A stretch of DNA of 64,000 nucleotides from a virus. Taxonomy: Duplodnaviria > Caudoviricetes. Positions 32,961-43,294 of this stretch are shown here, in pieces (the first letter of the stretch is position 1; each line of letters opens with the position of its first letter). The position numbers were made by a program, and so were the translations under genes. The DNA lies in IMG/VR virus record IMGVR_UViG_3300032038_000012, positions 32,001 through 96,000 of that record; one strand, 5' to 3'. The notes under the pieces were generated by a model, which was given only the letters and a program-made list of their open reading frames with translations, was not told where the DNA came from and did not search any database.

Positions 32961-33410
32961 ATGTTAGAAGCAATTATGGAAACTTTAAGAATTATGGGTT
33001 GGCTAGGAATTGTATTAGGAATTCTTGCAACAGTTAATTTAGTTTGTGGAACAGTTTATAATATCAATGACGGTCAAACATTTTCTTGGAAAAAGTTTTT
33101 CAAAGGAATTTTAAAAGTTGTAATCTTTTATATGAGTGCTGTATTTGTAAGTGTTGCATTTACAATGCTACCTTATATTAATACAATGATTACAGACGCT
33201 TTTGGAGTAGTATTACTTTCAAGCGAATTATTAAACACTTTATCAAGTGTGGCAGTTTTAGGAATTGTAGTAGCTTCAGTAGTTACTCAAGCTAAAAAGG
33301 CTTTTGAAAATATTAGTAAATTATCTACTATGTCTTCAGATGTAGAAGTAATTACTTGGGATGTAGTAGAACCAGAAGAAGATGAAATGGAAGAAGAAGC
33401 CTCTGTATAA
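32961..33410 (+). CDS. Holin
   Basis: About three hydrophobic segments, FSWKKF..G..K motif, charged C-terminus, adjacent to lysin. Confidence 0.7.
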   Translation: MLEAIMETLRIMGWLGIVLGILATVNLVCGTVYNINDGQTFSWKKFFKGILKVVIFYMSAVFVSVAFTMLPYINTMITDAFGVVLLSSELLNTLSSVAVLGIVVASVVTQAKKAFENISKLSTMSSDVEVITWDVVEPEEDEMEEEASV

Positions 33411-33427
33411 GAGGTTTCTTCATTTTT
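33395..33427 (+). terminator. Possible terminator
   Basis: GAAGCCTCT-GTATA-AGAGGTTTC followed by T-rich tract. Confidence 0.45.
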
Positions 33428-33441
33428 AAGGAGGGACAATA

Positions 33442-33942
33442 ATGAGTAGTATAAAAAAGATTAGAACTACTGAAGGAGATTTATCTATTGATTATAATAG
33501 TTTAGATAATCTTCCTACCATCCCTAGTAAAGTTAGTGATTTAACAAATGATAGTGGATTTATAACAAAAAGTGTTAGTAGTTTAGATAATTATTATACA
33601 AAAACTGAGGTTGATGAAAAAGAGGTTGAAGTTACATTAAATGGGGCTTCAGTTAGTTCACCTAGTTTTTACGCACCTACAACAGCGGGAACATCAGGAC
33701 AAGTCTTAAAATCTAGCGGAAATGGCGCACCTGTTTGGGGGAGTGTAGATGTAGACGCGAAAGAAGATAAATCAAATAAAGTTACTTCAATGACTAGTTC
33801 AAGCACAGACCTTCAATATCCTAGTGCAAAATGTGTATACGACTGGATGTCAGGAATAAAGATTGTAGCTTTAACTCAAACTCAATATGATGCTTTAACA
33901 ACTAAAGATGCTAATACTTTATATTTTATAACAGGAGCATAA
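33442..33942 (+). CDS. Small fibre-type structural protein
   Basis: IPSKVSDLTNDSGFIT, GTSGQVLKS.G.G.P.W, YPSAK and LTQTQYDAL..KD.NTLYFI motifs typical of phage fibre/adaptor proteins. Confidence 0.55.
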   Translation: MSSIKKIRTTEGDLSIDYNSLDNLPTIPSKVSDLTNDSGFITKSVSSLDNYYTKTEVDEKEVEVTLNGASVSSPSFYAPTTAGTSGQVLKSSGNGAPVWGSVDVDAKEDKSNKVTSMTSSSTDLQYPSAKCVYDWMSGIKIVALTQTQYDALTTKDANTLYFITGA

Positions 33943-33955
33943 GGGGGTTTTAAAC

Positions 33956-34978
33956 ATGGCTCGTAGTGAGATACACGTAGGAGACGATTTATCTGGTAAA
34001 ACTTTATTCTTTAACTTCCAAGAGACGGGTGATTTTCAAGGTAACTCAAATGGAGATGCTTTTACTACTTCTGGCGGTTATGTTTTAAATTATTATCATG
34101 CAGGGGCAACAGGAGTAGAAGAATTAATAGAAATAACTGGACCAAATGACTTTTATGTTGCTGTTTTTTCAAACTGGAGATGGAGGATTGATCCAAATCT
34201 TAGTGAATATACTCTTCCTGAAGATGCAGGAACAGTAACCGCGATAGATACATCAATAGGAATTTTAGATAAAGTAAAATGGGGAAACCCTTTTACTTCA
34301 AAAGTTTATTTAGGTAATAATGAAATTTCTCAAATTTATTTAGGGACTACTGCAATTCATAAAGCTAATTTAGGTGAGAATGAATGTTCTATTGCCTCAT
34401 TCATAGTAAGAAGTAGTGAATTTATTTTTGAAAGAGGACAGACATGGAAAAACTGGATTGATCAAGCTAAATATTGGACTTCTTCAGATAATTTTAGTTA
34501 CAATGAAAATGGAGTATATTATGGTGAAGCTAGTTTATATCAAAAACCTGGATGGGGAAGTGTATCCTATACAGATTTAATTACTGAAGGCGGAGAATAT
34601 GGTGCAGCATCAGCATGTTTAAGTCCAGATACATTAATAAAAACAGATAAAGGACTAGTAGAGATTTCTACACTTTCAGTAGGAGATGAATTAACTGAAA
34701 AGAATATAGTAGAAAAAATAGTTGCTCATAATAGAGAGCAATATTATATTATTACACTTGAAAATGATGACACTATAAAAGCTTCGAATGACCACTTATT
34801 TATAAGCGGAAATGAAATAATAAGAACTGAACAACTTGAAAAAGGACAACTTTTAAATAAATTAAAAATAAAAAATATAGAATTGGTAAATGAACCAATG
34901 ACTATGTATGAAATAAAAACAAGCACAAATCAATATACATTATTCAATGATATAATTTGTGAATGTGAAAATATTTAA
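33956..34978 (+). CDS. Protein with C-terminal Hint (intein/Hedgehog-like) domain
   Basis: From 34616: [19 protein letters not shown] (block A), IKASNDHLF (block B), MYEIKT (block F); no terminal His-Asn. Confidence 0.75.
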   Translation: MARSEIHVGDDLSGKTLFFNFQETGDFQGNSNGDAFTTSGGYVLNYYHAGATGVEELIEITGPNDFYVAVFSNWRWRIDPNLSEYTLPEDAGTVTAIDTSIGILDKVKWGNPFTSKVYLGNNEISQIYLGTTAIHKANLGENECSIASFIVRSSEFIFERGQTWKNWIDQAKYWTSSDNFSYNENGVYYGEASLYQKPGWGSVSYTDLITEGGEYGAASACLSPDTLIKTDKGLVEISTLSVGDELTEKNIVEKIVAHNREQYYIITLENDDTIKASNDHLFISGNEIIRTEQLEKGQLLNKLKIKNIELVNEPMTMYEIKTSTNQYTLFNDIICECENI

Positions 34979-34991
34979 GGAGGAAATTAAT

Positions 34992-36149
34992 ATGGCAGTT
35001 TTTGGAATAGATATTAGTGCACATAACGCAGGTTTAAATTTACAAGCTGCTAAAAATGAAGGTGTGCGTTTTGCAATTTTAAGAGCAGGATATACAGGTT
35101 ATGGAAATGGTATTAGCAAAGCAAAAGATACACAATTTGAAAACTTTTATTCACAATGTAAAAACTTAGGTATCCCAGTTGGTGCATATTGGTTTTCATG
35201 CGCAAATACTTATCAAAAAGGTGTAGATGAAGCAAACTGGATGTATGATAATTGTTTAAGAGGAAAATCATTTGAATATCCAATTTACTTAGATGTAGAA
35301 GAAGATGCTGGAGGTAGACATTATTTAAGCGGAGCAGGAAAAGACGCGGTTACCGCAGGTATCAAAGGATTTTGCGAGACTCTTGAAAAGAAAGGTTTTT
35401 ATGTGGGGGTTTATGCCAATAGTGATTGGTTTAATCGTTTAATTGATGCTAGTATTCCAAATAGATTTGACTGTTGGTTAGCAAACTGGAGCTCTCATAA
35501 TCCAGGTTCACCAGCACATGGAATATGGCAATTCGGTGGAGAAACTAATAGAGTAAGAAGCAATAGAGTTGCAGGTATGGTGATCGACCAAGATTATGCT
35601 TATAAAGATTATCCTAATATTATGAGAAGTGGTAACTTTAATGGATGCGGCGGAGGTGCTCCTACACCTGCCCCACAACCTCAACCAACCCCTTCTAAAT
35701 CTGTTGATGAGTTAGCAAGAGAAGTAATCGAAGGAAAATGGGGTAATGGAAACGACAGAAAAAATAGACTTCAAGCCGCAGGGTATAATTATAGTGAAGT
35801 CCAAGCAAAAGTAAACGAAATCTTAAATGGTGGAAATAAACCAGCACCAAAAAAATCTAATGAAGAAATAGCTAGAGAAGTTATAAATGGTCAATGGGGA
35901 AACGGTGAAGATAGAAGAAATAGATTAACTCAAGCTGGATATAATTATTCTGAAGTCCAAGCTATTGTAAATAAAATTTTAAATGGCGGTTCAAGTAAAC
36001 CATCTGCAGAGTATTATACAGTTAAAAGTGGAGATACTTTAAGTGGTATTGCCGCAAGATATGGAACAACAGTAAAACAATTAGTTGCTTGGAATAATAT
36101 TTCAAATCCTAACTTAATTTATCCAGGACAAAAATTTAGAGTAAGGTAG
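34992..36149 (+). CDS. Endolysin: GH25 muramidase + 2x CW_7 + LysM
   Basis: GIDIS, GAYWFS, YLDVE; two [24 protein letters not shown] repeats; [31 protein letters not shown]. Confidence 0.92.
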   Translation: MAVFGIDISAHNAGLNLQAAKNEGVRFAILRAGYTGYGNGISKAKDTQFENFYSQCKNLGIPVGAYWFSCANTYQKGVDEANWMYDNCLRGKSFEYPIYLDVEEDAGGRHYLSGAGKDAVTAGIKGFCETLEKKGFYVGVYANSDWFNRLIDASIPNRFDCWLANWSSHNPGSPAHGIWQFGGETNRVRSNRVAGMVIDQDYAYKDYPNIMRSGNFNGCGGGAPTPAPQPQPTPSKSVDELAREVIEGKWGNGNDRKNRLQAAGYNYSEVQAKVNEILNGGNKPAPKKSNEEIAREVINGQWGNGEDRRNRLTQAGYNYSEVQAIVNKILNGGSSKPSAEYYTVKSGDTLSGIAARYGTTVKQLVAWNNISNPNLIYPGQKFRVR

Positions 36150-36168
36150 TTATAGCCTTACTCTTTTT
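36138..36168 (+). terminator. Rho-independent terminator
   Basis: AGAGTAAGG...CCTTACTCT + T tract. Confidence 0.75.
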
Positions 36169-36184
36169 CTTTTGGATAAATGTA

Positions 36185-36231
36185 GGGTATACTAGATTAA
36201 TATTTTAAAAGAACTTTTAATATATTTTTAG
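36185..36231 (+). promoter_or_regulatory. Bipartite late-promoter-like motif, copy 5
   Basis: GGGTATAC...CTTTTAATATATTTTTAG, 46-nt spacing; hairpin AAACATATT/AATATGTTT immediately downstream. Confidence 0.6.
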
Positions 36232-36276
36232 AAAACATATTGAAAATATGTTTGGAGAAAGAAGGAGGCTAAAATA

Positions 36277-36636
36277 ATGAAAATAATGAGTGATAATACT
36301 ATTGGCATAAATCGCGGTGACGAATTATTATTTGATTATCAGATTTATAATGGTAATGACATTTACGTTTTCGGTGAAGGAGACGAAGTTGGATTTTATC
36401 TTTATAAAAAAGGTCAATACAATAAAGAACCGATTATTCAAGAAGTGTTTACCCCTGAGGCTGGAGATGAAGTTGTAGAAATCCGCATTTCTGCAGACGA
36501 TATGGATATTGGAGGATATACTAATATACAACAAGAATACTGATATGAAATTACTTTAAATGATGAAGTTACTTTAGGTTATGATAGCGATGGACCTAAA
36601 GTGTTAATATTATATCCTACAGGAAAGAAAATCTAA
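36277..36636 (+). CDS. NRGD-family small adaptor protein, paralogue 1 (119 aa; TGA=Trp at 36541)
   Basis: EY*YEITLND..LGYD.DGPK...LYP aligns with YWYEIELN and YWYEISLND of paralogues 2 and 3. Confidence 0.8.
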
Positions 36637-36863
36637 TGAATAATACAGGAAGAATTTTATCCAAAGTCGGAAAAGGGCAAATAGTAAGTAAAAAACCTTT
36701 ATTAATAAGTATAAAATCAAAAAATAATTTATATGGAAAATTAAATATAGGAACTAGAAGAATTATTGAGTATATTCACTATGAACCCTATGTAGTAAAA
36801 ACAACTTTATTTTTTAGAACTCAAGCCTCTGTCGAAGAAAGTGAGTTGACGATAAGTGGATAA
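36636..36863 (+). CDS. Hypothetical protein
   Basis: TAATG-coupled to the extended upstream gene. Confidence 0.55.
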   Translation: MNNTGRILSKVGKGQIVSKKPLLISIKSKNNLYGKLNIGTRRIIEYIHYEPYVVKTTLFFRTQASVEESELTISG

Positions 36864-37257
36864 AAAAATTGAATATATAAATGTAGAAGGTATAACATAT
36901 CAAGTTTCAGACCCATCAACTCCTGAATTCGTAAAACAAATTAGTCAAGAAGAAATTTACAATTGAAATAATCCTGACTATGAAAACGAAGATAATAAGC
37001 CATCTATAAATGGAGTTACTTTAATTGGAGATATAACATCAGAAGAATTAGGTTTAGATGCGGACAAAACTTATCTTTACCAACAAACAGTAGCTTCGGA
37101 TACATGGATAATAGTTCATAATTTAAATAAATATCCATCAGTATCAGTTATAGATAGTGCAGGGAATGAAGTGATTGGAGAAGTTTCTTATGATGATAAA
37201 AATCAAGTAACTTTAAAATTTGAAGGTGGCTTTAAAGGAGTTGCCACTTTAAATTAA
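36856..37257 (+). CDS. Small structural protein absent from the ORF track (133 aa; TGA=Trp at 36964)
   Basis: GTG start; MDKKIEYINVEG...ISQEEIYN*NN...NKPSINGVTLIG...SDTWIIVHNLNKYPSVSVIDSAGNEVIGEV...F.G.A.LN, TAA. Confidence 0.7.
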
Positions 37258-37281
37258 TTTATAAGAAGGAGGAAATAAAAA

Positions 37282-38934
37282 ATGGCAAAGAATTTTTTAG
37301 TTGATTTAAACTTAAATCAAAATGAAGTTCAAAATGGTGTTATTCAAAATTTAGCATCAGATCCATCTAATCCCATAAAAGGTCAAGTGTATTTTAATAC
37401 AACAACAAATAAATTTAGATGTTTTAATGGTACAACTTGGGATGAAATGGGAACTGGTGGAGGAACTGTAACAAGTGTAGCTGTTGAAAATAGTACAAAT
37501 GGGGGTTTATCTGTTAGTGGAAGTCCTATTACTACAACAGGTACAATTAATATTGGACACAGTAACGTATTAGAAAAGGCACAAACTACTAGTGGAATTT
37601 ATCCAATAAAAATAGATAAAAATGGACATATTACTGATTATGGGACAGCTTTTGATCCATCTACTAAACAAAATTCATTAAGTGAAACTCAATTAGCTGC
37701 TGTTAATTCTGGAATTACATCAGCAAAAGTTACAACTTATGATGGATATGCAAGTCAAATTGCAGGAAAACAAAATACAATCGAAGACTTAGATGATATT
37801 CGTAGCGGAGCTGCTTTAGGAGCAACTGCATTACAAACTGAAACAGACCCAGTCTTTTCAGCAAGTGCTGCTGCAGGTATTACAAGCACAAATATTTCTA
37901 CATGGAATGGAAAACAAGATGCAATTAGTGATTTAGCAACAATTAGAAGTGGTGCTGCAGCCGGAGCTACAGCAGTTCAACCAGATGATTTAGATGATTA
38001 TGCACCATTAGCAAGCCCAGCTTTAACTGGAACACCAACTGCGCCAACTGCAAATGCTGGAACTAATACAACACAAATTGCAACTACTGCTTTTGTTACT
38101 AATGCAATAAGTGGAATTACAGGAGCAATGGTATTTAAAGGTACTATTGGTACAGGAGGAACAGCTGGAACTGCATTACCAACTTCTAATGTAAAAGTTG
38201 GAGATACTTACAAAATTGTTACTGCTGGAACATATGCGGGACAAGCTGCAAAAGTTGGAGATTTATTTATTGCTTCAGCAACAACTCCAACATGGGCATA
38301 TGTACCATCAGGTGATGATACTGATGTAACTCAAATCACTGCAGGAGCTGGTTTAAATACAACAAGTTCAGATTCAAGTACAGATGGTGGTTCAATCACA
38401 ACTACTGGCACATTATATTTAACTAAAACTGCTGTTACACCTGGAACATATCAAGGTATTACAGTAGATAAATATGGACGTGTAACTGGAGCTAGTGACC
38501 AAGGTTATACAACTAATACAGGTACTGTTACAAGTGTAGGTATTACACAAGGTACAGGTGTTACAGTTAGCGGAGGTCCAGTTACAACTAGTGGAAATAT
38601 TACAGTTGGATTAGCAGATCAATTATCTGCCGCACAAACTACATCTGCAGTATATCCAATTAAAGTTAATAAACAAGGTCAAATTACTGAGTTAGGTACT
38701 GCAGTTACAATATTAAAAAAATATGCAGCTGATATTACAGGAAATGCAAATGCAACATCTTTTGATATAACTCATAATTTAGGCTCAAGAGATATTACTA
38801 TTCAAGTTTATGATGCAACTACTTATGAAGAAGTTATTGTAGATATTACAAGAAAATCTACAACTGTAGCTACTATTGCTTTTGCTAGTGCACCAGCAAA
38901 TGGTAAAAAATATCGTGTAGTTTGCATTGGCTAA
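37282..38934 (+). CDS. Tail fibre-like protein
   Basis: T/G/S/A-rich; GTVTSV repeats, YAPLASPALTGTPTAPT..AGTNTTQIATTAFV, ITVDKYGRVT, ITHNLG motifs. Confidence 0.7.
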   Translation: MAKNFLVDLNLNQNEVQNGVIQNLASDPSNPIKGQVYFNTTTNKFRCFNGTTWDEMGTGGGTVTSVAVENSTNGGLSVSGSPITTTGTINIGHSNVLEKAQTTSGIYPIKIDKNGHITDYGTAFDPSTKQNSLSETQLAAVNSGITSAKVTTYDGYASQIAGKQNTIEDLDDIRSGAALGATALQTETDPVFSASAAAGITSTNISTWNGKQDAISDLATIRSGAAAGATAVQPDDLDDYAPLASPALTGTPTAPTANAGTNTTQIATTAFVTNAISGITGAMVFKGTIGTGGTAGTALPTSNVKVGDTYKIVTAGTYAGQAAKVGDLFIASATTPTWAYVPSGDDTDVTQITAGAGLNTTSSDSSTDGGSITTTGTLYLTKTAVTPGTYQGITVDKYGRVTGASDQGYTTNTGTVTSVGITQGTGVTVSGGPVTTSGNITVGLADQLSAAQTTSAVYPIKVNKQGQITELGTAVTILKKYAADITGNANATSFDITHNLGSRDITIQVYDATTYEEVIVDITRKSTTVATIAFASAPANGKKYRVVCIG

Positions 38935-38965
38935 TTAAATATATAAAGAAGGAGGATTTTAATAA

Positions 38966-41062
38966 ATGAAAGTATTGTCTGTAATTAATAATGATAAAGA
39001 TGCAGTAACAAAAGAATATGTTGATAGTAAAGCGGGAGTTACTGCAGTAGATCCTACTTCAGGTCCTGTTGAGACAGATTTTTTCATCCCAACAAAGACA
39101 AGTGAATTAACAAATGATAGCGGCTTTATAACTGAAGCCGCTTTAGCTACTAAACAAGATACATTAGTATCAGGAACTAACATTAAGACAATAAACAACA
39201 CTTCTTTACTTGGAAGTGGAAATATAAGCGTAGCAACTGCAAGTGATATACCAACGAAGACTTCGGATTTAATAAACGACAGTGGATTTATTACAAGTTC
39301 TGCAAACAAATATAGTTTAACAGAATTAAAAGCTTTAACAGATCCGACAGACGATCTTTTTTTAAGCCTAAAAGCAGACATTATCAATCACAACCCAATG
39401 GTTATAACTTATAGCCAAAATCTAAACAGTAGCGCGTCTATTAGCGCTGAAGCTGTAGTTTTATCTGCAACGGTTGAAACGGTACAAAATTATGGCGAAG
39501 TTTATATAATTAGTTTTAGAAAAGATATTATAACACACCCAGGCATTATACACACTATAGGGTTTATACCTCAAGGAGAACAGCTTGTAGTTTCAGAAAT
39601 TTTAATGATAGAAAACGAAGTTGTGGCAGAAGCGCCAGAGCCCACATCTAATTTGACTCTCAACAGCCTCGAACCTGGCGATATGGTGGGGTGCATCTCA
39701 AACATGGAAATCAGATATTCAGAATCTGACGAGTGGTCAACATTAGAAGGAGTAAATACTGGAGACATCTTTATTAAAAATGCACCTCAAAGAAGCGGCG
39801 ATCCGGTTGGTTATATTGCGGCCAAAACACGAGATCATTGGTATATGGTATATGCAGCCGTTTATCACAAAAGTGGTGATGAATTGGGTTATTATATTTC
39901 TGAGCTCACTTATCATGGCAACAATCCAATCAATCCCATAGCTTACATATTGAAAAACTCTGTCCGAAAAGATCGACTTATAGAAGGGGCAAATGTATCC
40001 ATTGAAGACGATGAAAGCGGTTGGCTAAGAATTAGTGCAAACGAGAACGAAGCTTATGGTACGTGTTCATCAAGCGGAGATGCCAGCGTTAAGGTGGTTA
40101 ACATTGTTAGGGGAAGTTCTTTGGTCGAAAGCACTGTAGGAAATATATTAAGAGTGAGATTTGATAACGCTCTAACGTGTAATAATCCAACATTAAGAGT
40201 AGGAAGTGGAACCTTTGATATATATGACCGAGATACTAACAACAAATTGCAGTCGGGCGCTTGGGGTGCAGGAGATATAGTAACTTTCTATTGGGACGGA
40301 AGTGCGGTTAGAGCTATTGCGGGATTGCGCGCAACCACCACTAATTACGGAGAGGCAAAACTTAGCAGCAGTGTTTCTTCAACAAGCACAACCGAAGCTG
40401 CAACCTCAAGCGCTGTTAGACAAGCTTATAATTTAGCAAATGGCAAGCAAGATGCATTAATAAGTGGAACCAACATAAAAACGATAAATAATGAATCTTT
40501 ATTAGGTAGCGGAAATATAAATATATCTGGAGGCGGAGGAACTGCCACAGATGTTCAAATTAATGGTACATCAATAACTTCAAACAATGTTGCAAATATA
40601 GTAACAGAAGGAACTTATAATGCTAATACAAATAAAATTGCAACAATGACTGATGTATCAAATGCTGTTGCTAGTAAGTTAGATGGTAATTGAAATGCAG
40701 ATGATAGCAATGGATCTATTGAATGACAAGAAGGAGAAAGTCCAACAGCTAGTAAATTAATCACTAAAGTTGCTTCTAATACAAATAATAATTTTAGTCA
40801 AACAGAAATAACATCAGATAATATGCTTTTAACTTCTGGAGTTAATGGTGCTCAAATGAATACTTCTATTAATATGACTCCTTATGCTATTAATATTACT
40901 AATCAAACTACTGATGGAAGTATTACTATAGACGCAGACTTAATTACTTTAAATGGAGGAGCACAAATTGCAACTGTTCCAGATACAAATAATAGTATTG
41001 TAAATAAAAAATATGTAGATGATATTGTTGGAGATATAGAAAGTTTATTAGGAGGAATATAG
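38966..41062 (+). CDS. Tail fibre-like protein (698 aa; TGA=Trp at 40691, 40724)
   Basis: Joins 38966..40693 and 40823..41062 in one frame; KQD.L.SGTNIKTINN.SLLGSGNI twice; ends NKKYVD..TAG one base before next ATG. Confidence 0.7.
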
Positions 41063-41063
41063 T

Positions 41064-41921
41064 ATGAGTATAGCTAGTGAAATTTCAAGATTACAAACTG
41101 CAAAGACAGATATAAAAACAGCGATTGAAGCAAAAGGAGTTACAGTTCCTAGCTCTGCAAAAATAGATGTTTTTGATGATTATATTGCTCAAATTCCAAC
41201 TGGAGGTTCTTATCAAAGCAAAACAGTTTCTCCAACAGAGTCTTCTCAAACCGTGTCTCCTGATAGCGGATATGATGCTTTATCGAGTGTTACTGTTAAT
41301 GCTATCAGTAATACATATGTAGGAAGTGGAATTGCTAGAAAAAGCAGTTCAGATTTAACTGCTTCAAGCGCAACTGTTACAGTACCTGCGGGTTATTATA
41401 GTTCGCAAGCTACAAAGTCTGTTTCAAGTGGTTCTGCAACAGCTCCTGCATCAATTAGTGGTTCAAGTGCTACTGTTAGTACAGGAACTAATGCTTTAAC
41501 TTTAACTAAAACCGTAAGTGTTACGCCTTCAGTTTCTGCTGGGTATGTAAGTGCGGGAACAGCTGGCAACAGTTCAGTAAGTTTAACAGCTTCTATTGCT
41601 ACTAAGGCAGCAGCTACTATTACTCCTGGAACTACTAATCAAACAATAGCTTCAGGAACTTATTTAACAGGGACTCAAACAATAAGCGGCGATGCCGATC
41701 TTGTAGCCGCAAATATTAAAAAAGGCGTTCAAATATTTAATGTAACTGGTTCATATACTTCAGATGCCACAGCCGCAGCAAGCGATATTGTTAGTGGAGA
41801 AACTGCTTATGTTGATGGAAATAAAATAACAGGAAGTTTAGTTATAAATAAATATTATACAGGATCAACAGCACCATCATCTTCTCTTGGTAGTGATGGT
41901 GATATATATTTCCAAAGTTAG
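41064..41921 (+). CDS. S/T-rich fibre/appendage protein
   Basis: QSKTVSP..SQTVSPDSGYDALSSVTV, DADLVAANIKKGV.IF.VTG, DATA.ASDI.SG.TAYV.G.KITG motifs. Confidence 0.65.
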   Translation: MSIASEISRLQTAKTDIKTAIEAKGVTVPSSAKIDVFDDYIAQIPTGGSYQSKTVSPTESSQTVSPDSGYDALSSVTVNAISNTYVGSGIARKSSSDLTASSATVTVPAGYYSSQATKSVSSGSATAPASISGSSATVSTGTNALTLTKTVSVTPSVSAGYVSAGTAGNSSVSLTASIATKAAATITPGTTNQTIASGTYLTGTQTISGDADLVAANIKKGVQIFNVTGSYTSDATAAASDIVSGETAYVDGNKITGSLVINKYYTGSTAPSSSLGSDGDIYFQS

Positions 41922-41933
41922 GAGGACAATTAA

Positions 41934-43280
41934 ATGGCAACAATTAGATTAGTACCTAGTACATATGCAGTTTCAAGCACTTCTTATTTATCAGTTGAAA
42001 ATGCGGCAAATATGTATACTAACACAGATAGCACTACATATGCAACTATTACAAATAAATATGCATCTACTTCTAGTAGATATTTATATATAAGAGGTTT
42101 TAATTTTAATGATGTTCCTAGCGATGCAATAATTAACTCTTTTACAGTAAAAATTAAAGGATATGAAAGTGGCTTAGCAACAAGCACTTCTTATGCTCCA
42201 AGACTTGCAAATAGGACATCAACTATTTCAAACACTGCAGCAGGAGAAAATTTTGGAACATCAACAAAAACTATAACAGTGCCTACAGGAGCATTAACTT
42301 GGCAACAAATTTCTTCTACTTACGGTAGTAATTTTACTATTGTAGTTTATGTTAGAAGAAGTAGTAGAAATACAACAGGATATTTTTATTGTTATGGAGC
42401 AGAAATTGAAGTTGATTATACAATTCCTACTTATCATACTGTTACATCATCTACTTCTGTTGGAACTATTTCTCCATCCGGAGCAACTTCTGTTTTAGAG
42501 GGCAATGATTATACATTAACAATTAATGCAAGTAATCCTGTAGCGACTGATAATAATGTTGATGTAACTTCTCAATTAGTCCGAATGACAGGAGGAACTG
42601 GTGAATATGTTCCATATAATTTTACTCGTACTGGATTTTCAGTTACAGACATTTCAAATGCTTATACAAATATAGAAAGTTCTACTCGTGCAACATTATC
42701 TCTTTCTGGAAATACAACAGGAACATTATATTTAGGATTAGGTCCAATTAATATTCCATCTAGCGCGACAATTACAGATATAAGTTGTCAAGCTAGTTTA
42801 GCTTTTAGTAGAAATGGTTCTTCTGCAAGTGTAACCGCATCATGTCAATTATATAGTGGTGACACTGCAAAAGGCTCATCTACTTCAGTAGTATCAAGTG
42901 CAACTGATTTAAGCCAAACTACATTCACACTTACTCCGGGGACATGGTCTGCAAGTGAATTAGCAAATGCACAATTTTATTTTACTGCACATAATGGAGC
43001 ATGAGGTACAACTAGATTTTTTTATGTATATGGAGTATCTTTTACTGTTACTTACACAGTAAATGATGAAATTTATATATATACAATTACTAATGTTGTT
43101 GGAGACCATACAATTATAATTTCTCAAGGAGTAACAACTAAAATATATGTAAAAGTAAATAATACATGAGTTCAATTTTCAAAAATATATAAAAAAATAA
43201 ATGGTAGTTGGATTGAACAATCTCCTTCAGATTGGGGAACTATATTTGATACAACTGCTAATTATGTAAATAAGGATTAA
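41934..43280 (+). CDS. Beta-rich receptor-binding/appendage protein (448 aa; TGA=Trp at 43002, 43167)
   Basis: Frame continues past 43004 to TAA 43278; internal repeat YVKVNNT*V / YKKINGSWI. Confidence 0.7.
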
Positions 43281-43294
43281 AAGGAGGAAAAAAA

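Noticed and set aside
34616-34978. Canonical splicing intein
   Set aside because: No His-Asn/Ser-Thr-Cys junction, no real C-extein and no endonuclease; treated as a terminal Hint domain
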